From contig CM030332.1 in the NCBI GenBank assembly GCA_017654855.1, positions 7,130,001-7,194,000 on the forward strand: a stretch of 64,000 bases of DNA. Reading direction: 5' to 3'. Positions within the stretch are counted from its first letter, which is position 1. Each line of letters opens with the position of its first letter. This stretch comes from Podospora anserina (taxonomy: Eukaryota). The notes below the pieces were generated by a model. The model was not told where the DNA came from, ran no database searches, and saw only the letters and a list, made by a program, of their open reading frames with translations. Of this stretch, positions 26,393 through 37,354 are shown piece after piece. A program made the translations under genes and the position numbers.

Positions 26393-27148
26393 TCAAATGT
26401 CATCAATCTCGATATCCTTGCTGGCGCCCGCAGCGCCGCCCTCGTCGTCGCTGTCACGGTCCTCGTCGAACTCGAAGCCGCAGTCGCCATCCTCGCCGGG
26501 GCCGAAGGTGTCGGTCTCGTTGATCTTGGCGGTGTCTGGGAGCTCGCCGTAGGCCTTGCTGGGGGGTTGTTAGTAGGCTGCGGGTGATCGAGAGCGAGCG
26601 GACAAGGGGGGAGAAAACGTACAGAGAACGAGCCTCGTCGGCGGAGTACTTGAGGATAACGTCACCCTTCTCATCCTGGTACTCGCGGAGCGAGACGAGG
26701 ATGATGTCGCCGTTGTTGATCCAGATCTTTTTCCTGAGCTTGCCGCGGATGAGACCGAGACGCTTGACACCGTCGAAGCACTGTCGCAAGAGTCAGTTTT
26801 GCTGCTTCTACAACCCGGCCGGTCGAGCGGGCTGGCTGGATTCGGATCCGAGCCAAGGGAGGGATGGGGGGAATGGGAAAGCGAGATGTGTGGGTGAACT
26901 GGTGTTTGTAGTTGCTTACCATGGCCTCGAGTCTGCCGTTGCCCAACATCTTCAGGACCTGGGCGTATTCTTGCCCGTCCTCCTTGAATGTGAGTTCGCG
27001 CTTCTCATTGCTGCGATGCGATTAAGATGTCAGTGGGCTGCTTGATGGGCGCGCGCAACAGGGAAAAAGATGGAGGGGTAAACACGCACTCGTTCTCGTT
27101 CTTTCCTCTACGTCTGTTTTTGCCTCCCTTTCCCTTGTTCTTGGGCAT
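26393..27148 (-). CDS. TIF11: Translation initiation factor eIF1A (157 aa; exons 27148-27090, 27010-26920, 26780-26623, 26558-26393)
   Basis: [67 protein letters not shown], acidic tail ending IDDI; three GT..AG introns. Confidence 0.97.
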
Positions 27149-27673
27149 GTTGACTGTTTTAAGCGCTTAGGCTGGACGGCTCGATATGTGATGGGGTCGA
27201 GTTCTCGGCGATGCAAGAACTTTTTGGTTGTTTTTTGGGCTGGCAAAATGCTGCAGCGATGACCGATGCTTTTGGGTGTGAAGGGAAGCGCTGGGTAGGA
27301 GAGAGGGGCAGTGGCAGGCGGTTTATACCAATAAACCTTGTTTTTCAGTTTGCCGCTGATTGGGTGTGTGCACTGTAATAAGTGGGGGCCAACAGTGGCG
27401 CTTGTAGTAAATTGTTGCCATTTGTGGCTCCCATCTCTTCTTTTTTGACCATTTTGAAACACAAGGTGCCTCCCAAACCATCCGCTCCAGACAATACCTA
27501 CCGACAATGCTTACCGGCACGAGCGCTGTGTAGCTGGGGACAGACACTGAGCCGGAGGTGAATGCCCTTTGTGAGCGGAGCAATATCTGCCCCTCCCAGA
27601 GTCTCTTCACTTCCTGTGGGAAACTCAGCCACAGCCACCAGTGACTCGACTCCTCATCCATCGCTCTCTCAGC

Positions 27674-28441
27674 ATGGAGCGGGCAATGTGCCGCGCCGCC
27701 TCGACTTACAAGGCTCTCATCCCACCATTGCTGTCTAAAGCTTACAACACACGACCAGCCGCAAAATCATGGAAACCATCAGTCTTCAAGCAGGCAAACC
27801 TGCCCATAGCACTCAGCTGGGACCCAAGCCAACCAGTCAAAGATTTCGCCGCGGCACACAAGATCGAATCTAGCGAGGCCGTGAAGACCATCCCTAAGCA
27901 AACCAGACTCACCATCCTGCGTGTTCAAGCTTGCCGAAGGCATGCTTTTGACCATCAGCATGAACCATACCTGCAGCCCCAAGAACATCCTCTGACCAAG
28001 AAGATCCTCTGGCGCTGTTATGAGTGGAAGCTCAATAGGCCTCTCTGGCTTTATGCAACAGCAACTACTAATGATGGTAGTACTGTGGTGATGCGCCGCC
28101 AGGCCGAGTGCAGGACACTGGCCGCCATCAAGGCTGTTATCAAAGCCAATGGCTTTGATTCAGATGGGACAGCGCTGGACGGGAGCGGCAGAGTTCTCTA
28201 CGGTACCATAAATCTGGTAATATGGTCACCAAAGACACTACTGAACTTCGAATGGAACGACTTGGTCGAGTATCTGGCCGGGTTGGTCAAGACTCAGATT
28301 CTGCCAAGCTATGTCAAGATGCCTGGATACACGCCCATGGATTCTCAAAGACCACAGACACAGGTCCCGAAGCCACAAACTCAGAGACCTAATTCTCAAA
28401 GGCCTAGGGGTAGAAAGCCAGAAGGATTCACCATCGTGTAG
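27674..28441 (+). CDS. Hypothetical protein of about 250 aa, basic, possibly mitochondrial; divergent from eIF1A
   Basis: Uninterrupted ORF with ATGs at 27674 and 27686; globular-looking core; no family recognised with certainty. Confidence 0.7.
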   Translation: MERAMCRAASTYKALIPPLLSKAYNTRPAAKSWKPSVFKQANLPIALSWDPSQPVKDFAAAHKIESSEAVKTIPKQTRLTILRVQACRRHAFDHQHEPYLQPQEHPLTKKILWRCYEWKLNRPLWLYATATTNDGSTVVMRRQAECRTLAAIKAVIKANGFDSDGTALDGSGRVLYGTINLVIWSPKTLLNFEWNDLVEYLAGLVKTQILPSYVKMPGYTPMDSQRPQTQVPKPQTQRPNSQRPRGRKPEGFTIV

Positions 28442-28752
28442 TTTGTGTACAAAAGTGTATTATAGCTGAAAGTCAGAGCTCGGTGGGATCTGTGGGAGTG
28501 GCTTCGAGATGCCAAGCCACAAGGTGAGCTTTTGGGGCTTAGCGTCAATATGTACGTCAAAGGTGGAACTCGACGACACTTATGCAAGTCCGCCTGGAGC
28601 TTCCAGAGCTTCCCCAAACCTCAATCGCAACATCGTCGTCCGGGGCATCCCAGCATCACAAGCCGTCCGCGATTGGAAGCCGCATAGCTTCAGATACAAC
28701 ACTGCGCCAGTCTATTATCTCCCCCCGTGCAAGTAACTCACAAGCCGCAATC

Positions 28753-29914
28753 ATGCTCGTCTCTCTCACAGTCGGCAAGGTCGACGCCGGCGTCACTGTC
28801 CTTCTGACCCCTGACAAGCGACTGGTACTTACAACGCCTTCTACAACCCTCCTACTCCCCAGTTCCCGAGCTGACCCTTACCCCAAGATCGAATTCCCCT
28901 CCATTCTTCTTCCTCCCGACATCTCCTCCGGCTCCATAGTCGACATCAACGTTGCGCGCAACAAGGCCTCCGAAGCCCACGCCGAGCGCGCCTTCCGTTC
29001 CCTCCAAGACTCGATCCTCTCCTCCTTCGGCGCCGACGCGCCCTCCCCACCCGTCCTCCGCTGCCGCAACGCGACCCAGACCAGTGTTGTTCTAGAATGG
29101 GATCCTATCCACCTCGCTACTGCCGATTTAATCTCGCTGGCTCTCTACCGGAACGGCCAGAAAGCCGGCAACATCCCCAAGCCCCTCGAAATGCATTCTA
29201 CCAAGATCAGCGGCCTGGCGGTCGACACCGAGTACACCTTCCACCTCATCCTTCGCACCACGGCCGGGACGTTTGCCAGTCAGCGCGTGACGGTCCGGAC
29301 GCATAAGATGACTGATTTGAGCGGTATCACCATCACGTTGGGCATCCTCCCCGCGGTGGTGAAGGAGGGGTTGACGGCGGCGGTGGAAAGGATCGGGGCC
29401 AAGATTGTGGATGGGGTTAGGATAGACACCACGCACTTTGTTACCACGGAGGGCAGGGGAATACAGTGGGAGAAGGCCAACGAGATGAATATCCCGGTCG
29501 TGAGGCCCGAGTGGGTGGATGCTTGCGAGAGAGGAGGGAGGATTTTGGGGGTGACCAAGTTTTATTTGGATGCCGCGAGGGTTGGGCCGGGGAGTTACGA
29601 GACGCCCCTCTCGGCGACGGCGCCGAGCCCGGTGCCGAAGCAGCCTGAGCCACAGCAGCAGAAGGATTTGCCTCCTCAGCCACCGGCTGCTGAACCTGCC
29701 GTGGCGACGACCGGTGCGCCCTCTGGAGAGGAGGCGAAGGAACAGGGAGGTGGTGTTGAGTCTGGCTCCAGTGATGGCGAAGAAGACCAGGAGGGGGATG
29801 CTGGAAAGGATGAGGAGAACGATGCGGAGCCCGGGTACAAGGCGCTGTCGGGGGAGCAAGATCATAAAGAGCTCCCTTCACACCCCAAGCAACCCACTGT
29901 TGAAGAAGGTGACA

Positions 29915-29945
<31 letters not shown>

Positions 29946-30087
29946 CGACGACGATGATGATGATGATGGGAGTAATAAAGGCGAGGACAGAAAAGGCAGC
30001 AGTAGCGCCGACGAGAAAGGAGGAGAGAAAGACGCGGGAAAGAAATCCCCAGGTGACGGAGCGTCCTTTCAGGATGTCGCTCTTTAA
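28753..30087 (+). CDS. CHS5: Exomer subunit Chs5 (N-terminal dimerisation, FN3, BRCT, acidic tail; 423 aa; exons 28753-28824, 28888-30087)
   Basis: MLVSLTVGKVDAGVTVLLT..IEFPSILLP; RNATQTSVVLEWDP (FN3); THKMTDLSGIT; IDTTHFV..IPVVRPEWV (BRCT). Confidence 0.95.
29914..29967 (+). repeat. (GAC/GAT)n trinucleotide tract encoding poly-Asp in Chs5
   Basis: Read directly; about 17 consecutive Asp codons. Confidence 0.9.
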
Positions 30088-30268
30088 GTTTCTGTTTGGT
30101 GGCATCCAACAACAAACGAGCCGTTTGTCGCTGGTTACTTTTCTCATGTATAGACGTACTGCTTCTAGCTAAGCGTTGCTTGGGGCGTTGTATGGAGGTA
30201 TTACACAAAAGCACAAGCTCAGGCAGTTTTTGTTTCTATCAAAGCGTATCTTGATTTACTACCACACA

Positions 30269-31104
30269 TCAAGGGGGCACCTCCTCTCCTTTCCAGTCCC
30301 AGATTTTGCCTCGCTGTGATGGGTTTAAGGAGGTGATCACGTTCCAGAGCTTTTCGGCTGCGTCGTCTGGGGAGAAGAGGTTTGCTTCAGGGACGCCGGA
30401 CCAAAATCCGCGGGAGAGGTCGGTCTTGACGGTGCCCGGGTGGTAGCCTACCGCTATGCATTTGGAGGCTGACTTTTGCTGGAGCTCGAGGTCGAGGGTT
30501 TTGACGGCCGAGTTGAGGGCTGATTTGGAAAGACGGTAGGAGTACCAGCCTCCGAGGCGGTTGTCGGTCATGCTGCCTACTCGCGCCGAGACAGACAACC
30601 TGCCGCGCCTGTTTAAGAAAGAGATTGAGGTTACGGGATAAGGGGGAGGACGAACCAAGTTGCGTGGGGGGGTAGACCTTCTGTGGGCTCGAGAGGGGCG
30701 GATCTCTTTGGGAGAAAAGGAACGAAGTGCTTCATTAAGAGGACTGGGCCGAGGGTGTTTACCCTCAGCGTTTCGAGGAGGCTGGGCTCGGTGATTTGGG
30801 AGATGGATTTCTCCGGGGGGGTGAGGAGGATGCCGGGGAGGGTGAGGGCCAGGTGGAGGTGGTGGGTTGTGGGCGGGAACAGCTCCCTGGCTTTTTCGGC
30901 GGCGGATTGGATGGCTGATTCATCTTTTACGTCTAGGTTTACGACGTGGAGGCGGTCTGACTCGGGATAGGAGGGGGGGAGGCTGGGGGAGCGGGTGGTG
31001 GTTAGGATGGGGATTGTGGAGGGGGTGGTGCGGAGGAGGTGGTGGAGGAGGGAGTGGGAGATGCCGCGGGTTGAGGGGGTGAGGAGGATCCAAGGTTTGG
31101 ACAT
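30269..31104 (-). CDS. Short-chain dehydrogenase/reductase, CsgA/C-factor-like (about 259 aa; exons 31104-30656, 30599-30269)
   Basis: SARVGSMTDNRLGGWYSYRLSKSALN (YxxxK), HPGTVKTDLS, VNTLGP, C-terminal WDWKGEEVPP; degenerate cofactor motif TPSTRGIS; intron 30600-30655 (alternative acceptor 9 nt upstream possible). Confidence 0.88.
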
Positions 31105-32917
31105 GGCGACAAGTTTGGTGATACTGATGGGAAGAGTGTTAGGATGGTGATGGTTTGTGAATGGATTCCTGATGGGGTGAGGTTGCCAACAAAGCCATGT
31201 GCGTCATTCAATGGGCGGTTTGAAGCCGTTGGATGAGGCGGCTCGATCTGAACCCCTGCCAAGACTTTACCGGATCATGTTGAGGTGAAAGTCGTCAACG
31301 CCGACATACTCATCAAGGCAGTGTATCAACTATGGCTCTTTAAATACTGAAGGGGCATTGCAAACAGCCCGGGGTAACTCGAAATATAACCTGTTGATGA
31401 GGTTGGCAGATGGGTACAAAATATAAACTGGCAGCACAGAATCGGTACCTATTCTTCTGTGGGCATCTCGCCAAAACTCTCCATCACCAGCTGTGCGTTA
31501 ATTGCACTGTTATAAGACAACCCACTTGTTATTAGTGTGTATCTCTCTAATGACCAAGTAGCCAGTTACAGTAGTATCAAACAACTTTGACCTGAAATTC
31601 TCTGCGATGGCAACAGATCGCAATGGTATCACCTTTCCGAATATGGCCACTCAACAGAAGATGTCCCCTTTCTCGAGCGTGCTTTTTTCGTTCATGAAGC
31701 GCCTTGGTCGCCGCGTTTGCATCCGACAGGGCCGACTGGGATTTTGCTCTAATATGATCCATCCATTTCTTCAACTCTGCCCTCTTGGGTGTACCGTCGC
31801 TCGGGTAAGACAGGGGAGGAACTTGTGGCAAGTTTGATCTTGCCTCTTCCACTCCCGTTCCCTCCACCGCTTCCATCCCCGTCCCCTTTGCTTCTTCCTC
31901 TTGGATAGCTCTCTGCTGTGAACAGCCGGTTTGTCTTGTGATGAGTTGCTCTTCCAGAGCTCCTTCCCCAATAGCCAGCCTGCTCTTTGCGAGCATATTT
32001 CACGTTGGAAGACTCGATCGGTTTGAACATTGAAACTGCCTTACCACATCACATGTCGGTAGTTATCTGAGATTCAACGAAGTAGATATCTTTCCACCAC
32101 CCCTATTCATCGAGCCCATTCTTCAACCCTTCCTATGCCCCATGGCTAGGTACACTGTCCAAGCTCTTCTACCACCTCCTTTACTCTCTCGTTCAGTCGA
32201 GAATCCAATGACTGGAGGAAGCCGACCAGCGCCACTAAGGCCCTCTCCATCCACCATATTATCTCGGACCCCCTTTTCATCTGCAAAACCTCAAGCTCTG
32301 GCTCAAGAACCTCCTGGACTCGGTCTCGAGTAAGAGTCTGGGCGTAACAGCTTGCCGTTCAAAGTGATCCCTTTTGAAGATGACTAGCTTCTTGGTCGTC
32401 ACGGTAGTCGTGACCTCTCGCTTGATGACCTCCTGTCGACGCCCTTTGTGTTATTGTAGGTTTGGTGCCGTTGCAAGGGGGCCAGGTGTGAAGGTGGAGA
32501 TGTGATAGGAGGTGATTATGACAAGGTGATGATTCTGCATCTCGCCCTGCCTGATTGGAAAATAGGGTTTCTGTCGGTATATGTAAAAGTAGCAGGAGCT
32601 CTGGGGTTGGGTGCTGTTGGTTGGGTTCTGAAGGCGATGTTTGCCTCGTTTCTCATACAGAGCTCTGTTATCATGTATCTATTTGACCGATGGGCCATCT
32701 CACGCCAACCGTCATCTAGCTGCAGCAGCTGTGGTGACTACTCTGCCTATTTTCGCAATCCAATCATCCATACTCGGTCAAGACTGGAGACAACCACCCT
32801 CTGAGAATGTGCCATGCAAACACTCCGATTGATTCTAGAATCGTTTACTTCTAAAGCTCATAACTCCATCACATGACACATAAAATATAGACTTTATCCC
32901 CTTTCCCCTATCCACCA

Positions 32918-35374
32918 TCACCTGTGCCCCCCAAGAGGATCCTCCACCTCTCTCAACTCCCCCTCCTCCCCAGCTCCAATCTCCTCAACCAACCCCCTCA
33001 TCACCGGCTCCAGCGTCTCCATCCCACTCAGCTGCGACATCCCCGGCCAAGGCCACTCCCTCTTCCCCAGACCGCTTTCCCCACCCCTCTCTTCCTCTTG
33101 TCTCTGTTCAACCTCCCTAACGCGCCTCGTAAACATTGTCCCAAAGTCCCCTCCCAGCAACGACACCCCCGCATGCCGTGACGGCAACCGATCAACCGCC
33201 ACCTCCTGCCCCCCCTGACTGTACGAATGCAGCAACAGGTCATCATTACTCGGATCCCAATAATGCGAGCTCACATCAGAGGTATTCCTTGTCTGTGGCG
33301 GCTCGTAGTACCGGGAATGATAACCCGCCGGGATGGGTGGGTTGGAGTGGGAGAGGTGTCGGTAGTCAAGGGAGTCACTGTCGTTTGTGGAGGCCTCTGA
33401 GGAGATACGGTGGCGAGGGTAGGGGTTGTGGTGTTGAGGGCAGGGGTTGCGGTGTTGAGGGCAGGAGTAGTGTTTCCTCCTTGTGGTGGTGGTGGTGGTG
33501 GTGGTGACTCTGGGCGTGGCGTCCCCCGAGGCGATGTCGCTTGTGCTTTTGTAGGTGCTCAATGTTGATCTGGAAGAGGGTAATCGGCGGGCCAGGCGCT
33601 CGATCAGGGGGATGAGGGTGTTGAGCCAGCGGTTGTTGACCGATTCTAATCTGTCGAGGCGTTGAACCAAAAGTTCAATTTCGTGGTTGTGGGTGTAGCG
33701 GAGTTCTTCGTACTGACGTAGGAGGTTCTGGTGGGACTCTGACCGGGGGACGGCTGCTGGAGAGGAACGACGGAATGAACAAGCCGTTGGAGGTCGGGTA
33801 GAAAGGGTGCTATAGGAGGTGCTTGTTGAAACTGTTGGAACGAAACTCGAGTGTCGCGCGAGAATGAGATGTTCAATAGAGGTCGTGCTTCGCATGTCGG
33901 AGAAGCTGGGCATATGGCGGACTTTTCGTCCATGATGTTGAGAGTGGGGGGACGTGTCGGAGCCGGTGATGTGAATCTCAGGGGTGCTGTGGAAAGGGGA
34001 AATAGTGCTTTTTTTGCTGACAAGACTGCGCTGCTCCTTCAAACGAGGAGCTGATGACTGGCGTGCTGAGACTGGCTGCACATCAACAACGGTCATGATG
34101 GGTGTGATACGGAAAGTGCAAGAGGGTTTCGGTTTGGGTGATAATGGCGAGAAAGGTTCTAGAGGCGGAAAGATCGAAGCGGCCCTTGATTGGAATGACA
34201 GAAGGTGAGGGCTCATAGGTGTGCAGTGTCTCGTCGACGGAATGTCCTCTCTGTCGCTTTGTTCCGCATCCAGAGGGTCATGGATAGCAGCCAGCGTGTG
34301 TTGTCGAAGGAACATATTGGAGGTATGAGCGGTGGCGGTGTTATCACGTTTGATGCCCATGGCAGGGTGCTCATCTGCGGGACTTCGAGGATTGCTCATG
34401 ACGGTATGAGGTCGAGTGTCGACAGTGACGACATCTACTGGAACGAAATCTGATATCGAGCCTTTTGGGAGCGGTGTCAGCTCATGGGGGGAAGGGATAG
34501 TAATCATGCTGTGGGCACCGACCGAAGAGTTTGCCATCCGCGAGGGTGGCCGAGATTGCGTCCGGCTCCCAGTCCCCCCCTGTGCTATGGGTTCTGCGGC
34601 CGAGAGCACGCGGTCAGTAGAGAGCCTTTCCATTGGCGACTCTGGCGACGGGAGCATCGGGAACAACTCCTCACTGTTGGCACTTGTACTGTCGTTGGTG
34701 GTGCCTGAAGCAACCGATTCGCTAGACTCACGCTTCTCTTCTTCTACTGGCGGCAGAATCGTGACAGTGCCAGCCCGTTCGTCATCTGAAGGCGGCGGGG
34801 TGGGCTCTTGGGTAGGCTCATCAAGATGGTCGTACTCAACAGGTATCGATATGGCGATGTGGCGATAACCACCAGTAGTTGTTCCAGCAACAGCTGTATC
34901 TGGCAGCCGAATTACGCCACCAGATGCGGGCCTCCCGTCCTTCTTCTTTCCTCTCTTGACCCTCTTCTTCCAAAATGACCAAAATGGGCGTCTCTTCTTC
35001 GTGGTGACAGGTGGAGACTCAAACGTGTCAGGAATGGACATGTAATTCTGGGGTGGTGGCGAGGTGTTGCGGAGAAACTCAATCAGGGCCCTCGAGCTAT
35101 CCCTGTCGTTCGCCCTTTTGATCTTGCGCCGAATGACGTCCTCGTCGGTGTCTGGGCGGAAAATGTCGGTGAGAATGCTCGAAGCATTCGAAAGCTTGCG
35201 GAAGGTCTTGGGCCGGCTGTACTGGGATATTTGGCTGTCCATTTCTTCCAGCTCGTTTGAATGGATGGTGGTCTCCAGAGAACCGCCTCGCCTGTTGCGC
35301 AGATGGGAACTGTCTTCCACCACAATGACAGTCTCCCTCTGCACTCGTATCCCGCCAATGTTGTCCGAAGACAT
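32918..35374 (-). CDS. Hypothetical 818-aa largely disordered Ser/Pro/Thr-rich protein with a C-terminal coiled-coil segment
   Basis: 2.4-kb uninterrupted ORF; short ordered-looking motifs ALIEFLRNTSPP and IRLPDTAVAGTTTGGYRHIAISIP; coiled-coil-like IELLVQRLDRLESVNNRWL; branch site and acceptor at about 35403-35420 suggest a 5'UTR intron. Confidence 0.8.
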   Translation of the reverse strand: MSSDNIGGIRVQRETVIVVEDSSHLRNRRGGSLETTIHSNELEEMDSQISQYSRPKTFRKLSNASSILTDIFRPDTDEDVIRRKIKRANDRDSSRALIEFLRNTSPPPQNYMSIPDTFESPPVTTKKRRPFWSFWKKRVKRGKKKDGRPASGGVIRLPDTAVAGTTTGGYRHIAISIPVEYDHLDEPTQEPTPPPSDDERAGTVTILPPVEEEKRESSESVASGTTNDSTSANSEELFPMLPSPESPMERLSTDRVLSAAEPIAQGGTGSRTQSRPPSRMANSSVGAHSMITIPSPHELTPLPKGSISDFVPVDVVTVDTRPHTVMSNPRSPADEHPAMGIKRDNTATAHTSNMFLRQHTLAAIHDPLDAEQSDREDIPSTRHCTPMSPHLLSFQSRAASIFPPLEPFSPLSPKPKPSCTFRITPIMTVVDVQPVSARQSSAPRLKEQRSLVSKKSTISPFHSTPEIHITGSDTSPHSQHHGRKVRHMPSFSDMRSTTSIEHLILARHSSFVPTVSTSTSYSTLSTRPPTACSFRRSSPAAVPRSESHQNLLRQYEELRYTHNHEIELLVQRLDRLESVNNRWLNTLIPLIERLARRLPSSRSTLSTYKSTSDIASGDATPRVTTTTTTTTRRKHYSCPQHRNPCPQHHNPYPRHRISSEASTNDSDSLDYRHLSHSNPPIPAGYHSRYYEPPQTRNTSDVSSHYWDPSNDDLLLHSYSQGGQEVAVDRLPSRHAGVSLLGGDFGTMFTRRVREVEQRQEEERGGESGLGKREWPWPGMSQLSGMETLEPVMRGLVEEIGAGEEGELREVEDPLGGHR

Positions 35375-37354
35375 GATGACGAACGTGCTTGATAATTATT
35401 GACTGCGATCCATGTTAGTCATCTACGGAAGGTGTCTCCGGGGTCACTCATTGGGTAGGTAGGTAGACCTCTCCAAAACCCAGCTCTCGGTCCCTCAAAT
35501 ATCGGATAAGGGGTACGATATTAACCAGGGCAATGACCCCTTTCTCGTCAAAAAGGAAACCAAAAATGAAAATAATGTCTCAAAAAATAACTTTTGTCAT
35601 CAAATCATCAAAACTGCTAGAGACTCTGCACCATGTTTGCCGCAAGGGAAGACGAACGAATGCGAACAAGTCCCGTCTGGGCATGAAGACGTATAGAAAC
35701 AAAAGAGGGAATCAACTCACCCTTCCCAAAATGCGAGATGAGTCGACTCTTAACCAAGTAATCGCCCACTCCCCCTCCACGATCTCAAACTCCAAACAAA
35801 CATTTCCTTCTACTAAGCTCCCCTAGTCCCAAGCAACGCGCATGAGGAAAGCGTCATCTGAGCGTGGCAAGCTTCCCAGCAGTTATCACCGTCTGAGCAC
35901 TCGCGAATAAACCCGAGCTAGCTGATAACCAGCGTCTCTTAGGTAATATCCCATCTCTCATCCTAGGAATAATCGCAGCCCGTCCCGACAAACCCGGCAG
36001 ATTCTGCACGCCTGCTTCCATTGTGTCTTCACCTCAGCCGAACCTCAAACATACGCTCCCAGAATGACGAGCATGGCAAAGCAACAACAAACAACATCCC
36101 CAACCTGCCGAGGCAGCCCCGATCAAGGTTCAACGCTCCGCCCCGATTCCCAAACCCCTGCGCCAGCTCCCGAAAGACTTGGCCCCTCTCCCCAGCGCGT
36201 CCACACGACCTACTGACGACAAAACCCGGGACCTGACGATCTCTGTTTCGACTCGGGAAAACAACCCCCGAAATCAGATATGCGCTACCATATCTCCAGT
36301 TGAGCTCTCGCAACTTGTGTACCCGAGGCGTCCTTCTCTCTTCAACAACACCCCCCCTCAGATAGCAACTGGTATGCGTGGCATCACTGGTTGCCTTCCC
36401 GCAATGCCCGCCCAGTCCTCCCAGTCCTCAAGCACGTATTATGCATCCCGACTCACATACATATGCAAAGACGATCTGTTTCAGATTCAAAATAAAACAC
36501 GCCGGACCAATTTCTGCAGGCTAACTGCATCTCCTGCACTTCCCCAACGTCTTCAACGTCGTCGTCATATCAACGCCAAGCCCCCCGTCCTGCCAAGCCC
36601 ACACAGTCGGAGAATATCTACCAATCAAGCAGCTTCCCCCATCTCATCGCCATAAAATAAGCTTCTGGTCGATCGTCAACCGGTGGATCGGTGATCTTGG
36701 CAATGGAATCCACTGTCAACAACGTCGACCGGGCCAGCACCGTTCGCTAGAAGGTGGTAAACATTGGCATCAGTCCCAGTAAATCTGGGAAGAAGGTTCC
36801 CATGATGGGGAAAAGAAGAAGGAGGGGGAGTTCATCGTGCTGTATAGCATGCCTGTCGATGAACAAGCGGAGCCGTAGCACCCATGACGGTGTGTCCGAG
36901 GTTCGAATCTCATCAATGCCAGGTTGACATCGAGTACAATCACGATTTGTGCAGCAGCCACGTTGTTGCACCCAAAGCCCTCACCTCGCCTCACGTAGCC
37001 ATCTCACGAGCCCTCTCAACCCTCACCTCAAGCAACCATCTCCCCACTGTAAAACTAGAGCCCCAGCCCCGGAGCCATGGCATAAACCCTCTATGGTCGC
37101 TTCTACAAATATCTAAGCATGAAATCTTCATGGTTAACCCCCGCTCCATGGCTGTGGCCAACCAATGCTACCAAATGCCTTTGTTTAGCCATGAAAATGC
37201 GCAAGGCCTTCCCACTGATGAGCATAGTATATAAACCATAAAAAAACAATAAAACCGATATTTGCCGTGACCGGAGGACGCATCAAGTCGTTTTTAAACG
37301 TCAAACACGCCCTCGCACTATCTCCAAACGTATCATGAGCCACACGTCTCTCGG

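Noticed and set aside
26781-26919. Longer (139-nt) eIF1A intron as a possible snoRNA host
   Set aside because: No box C (RTGATGA)/box D pair or convincing H/ACA structure seen
31577-32030. Overlapping short - strand ORFs (139 aa and 93 aa)
   Set aside because: No recognisable domain, no clear codon bias or splice model; cannot be supported, though a small orphan gene is not excluded
36895-36915. GGTTCGAATC, resembling a tRNA T-loop/B-box
   Set aside because: T-stem pairs poorly, and no A-box, D-arm or acceptor stem can be built
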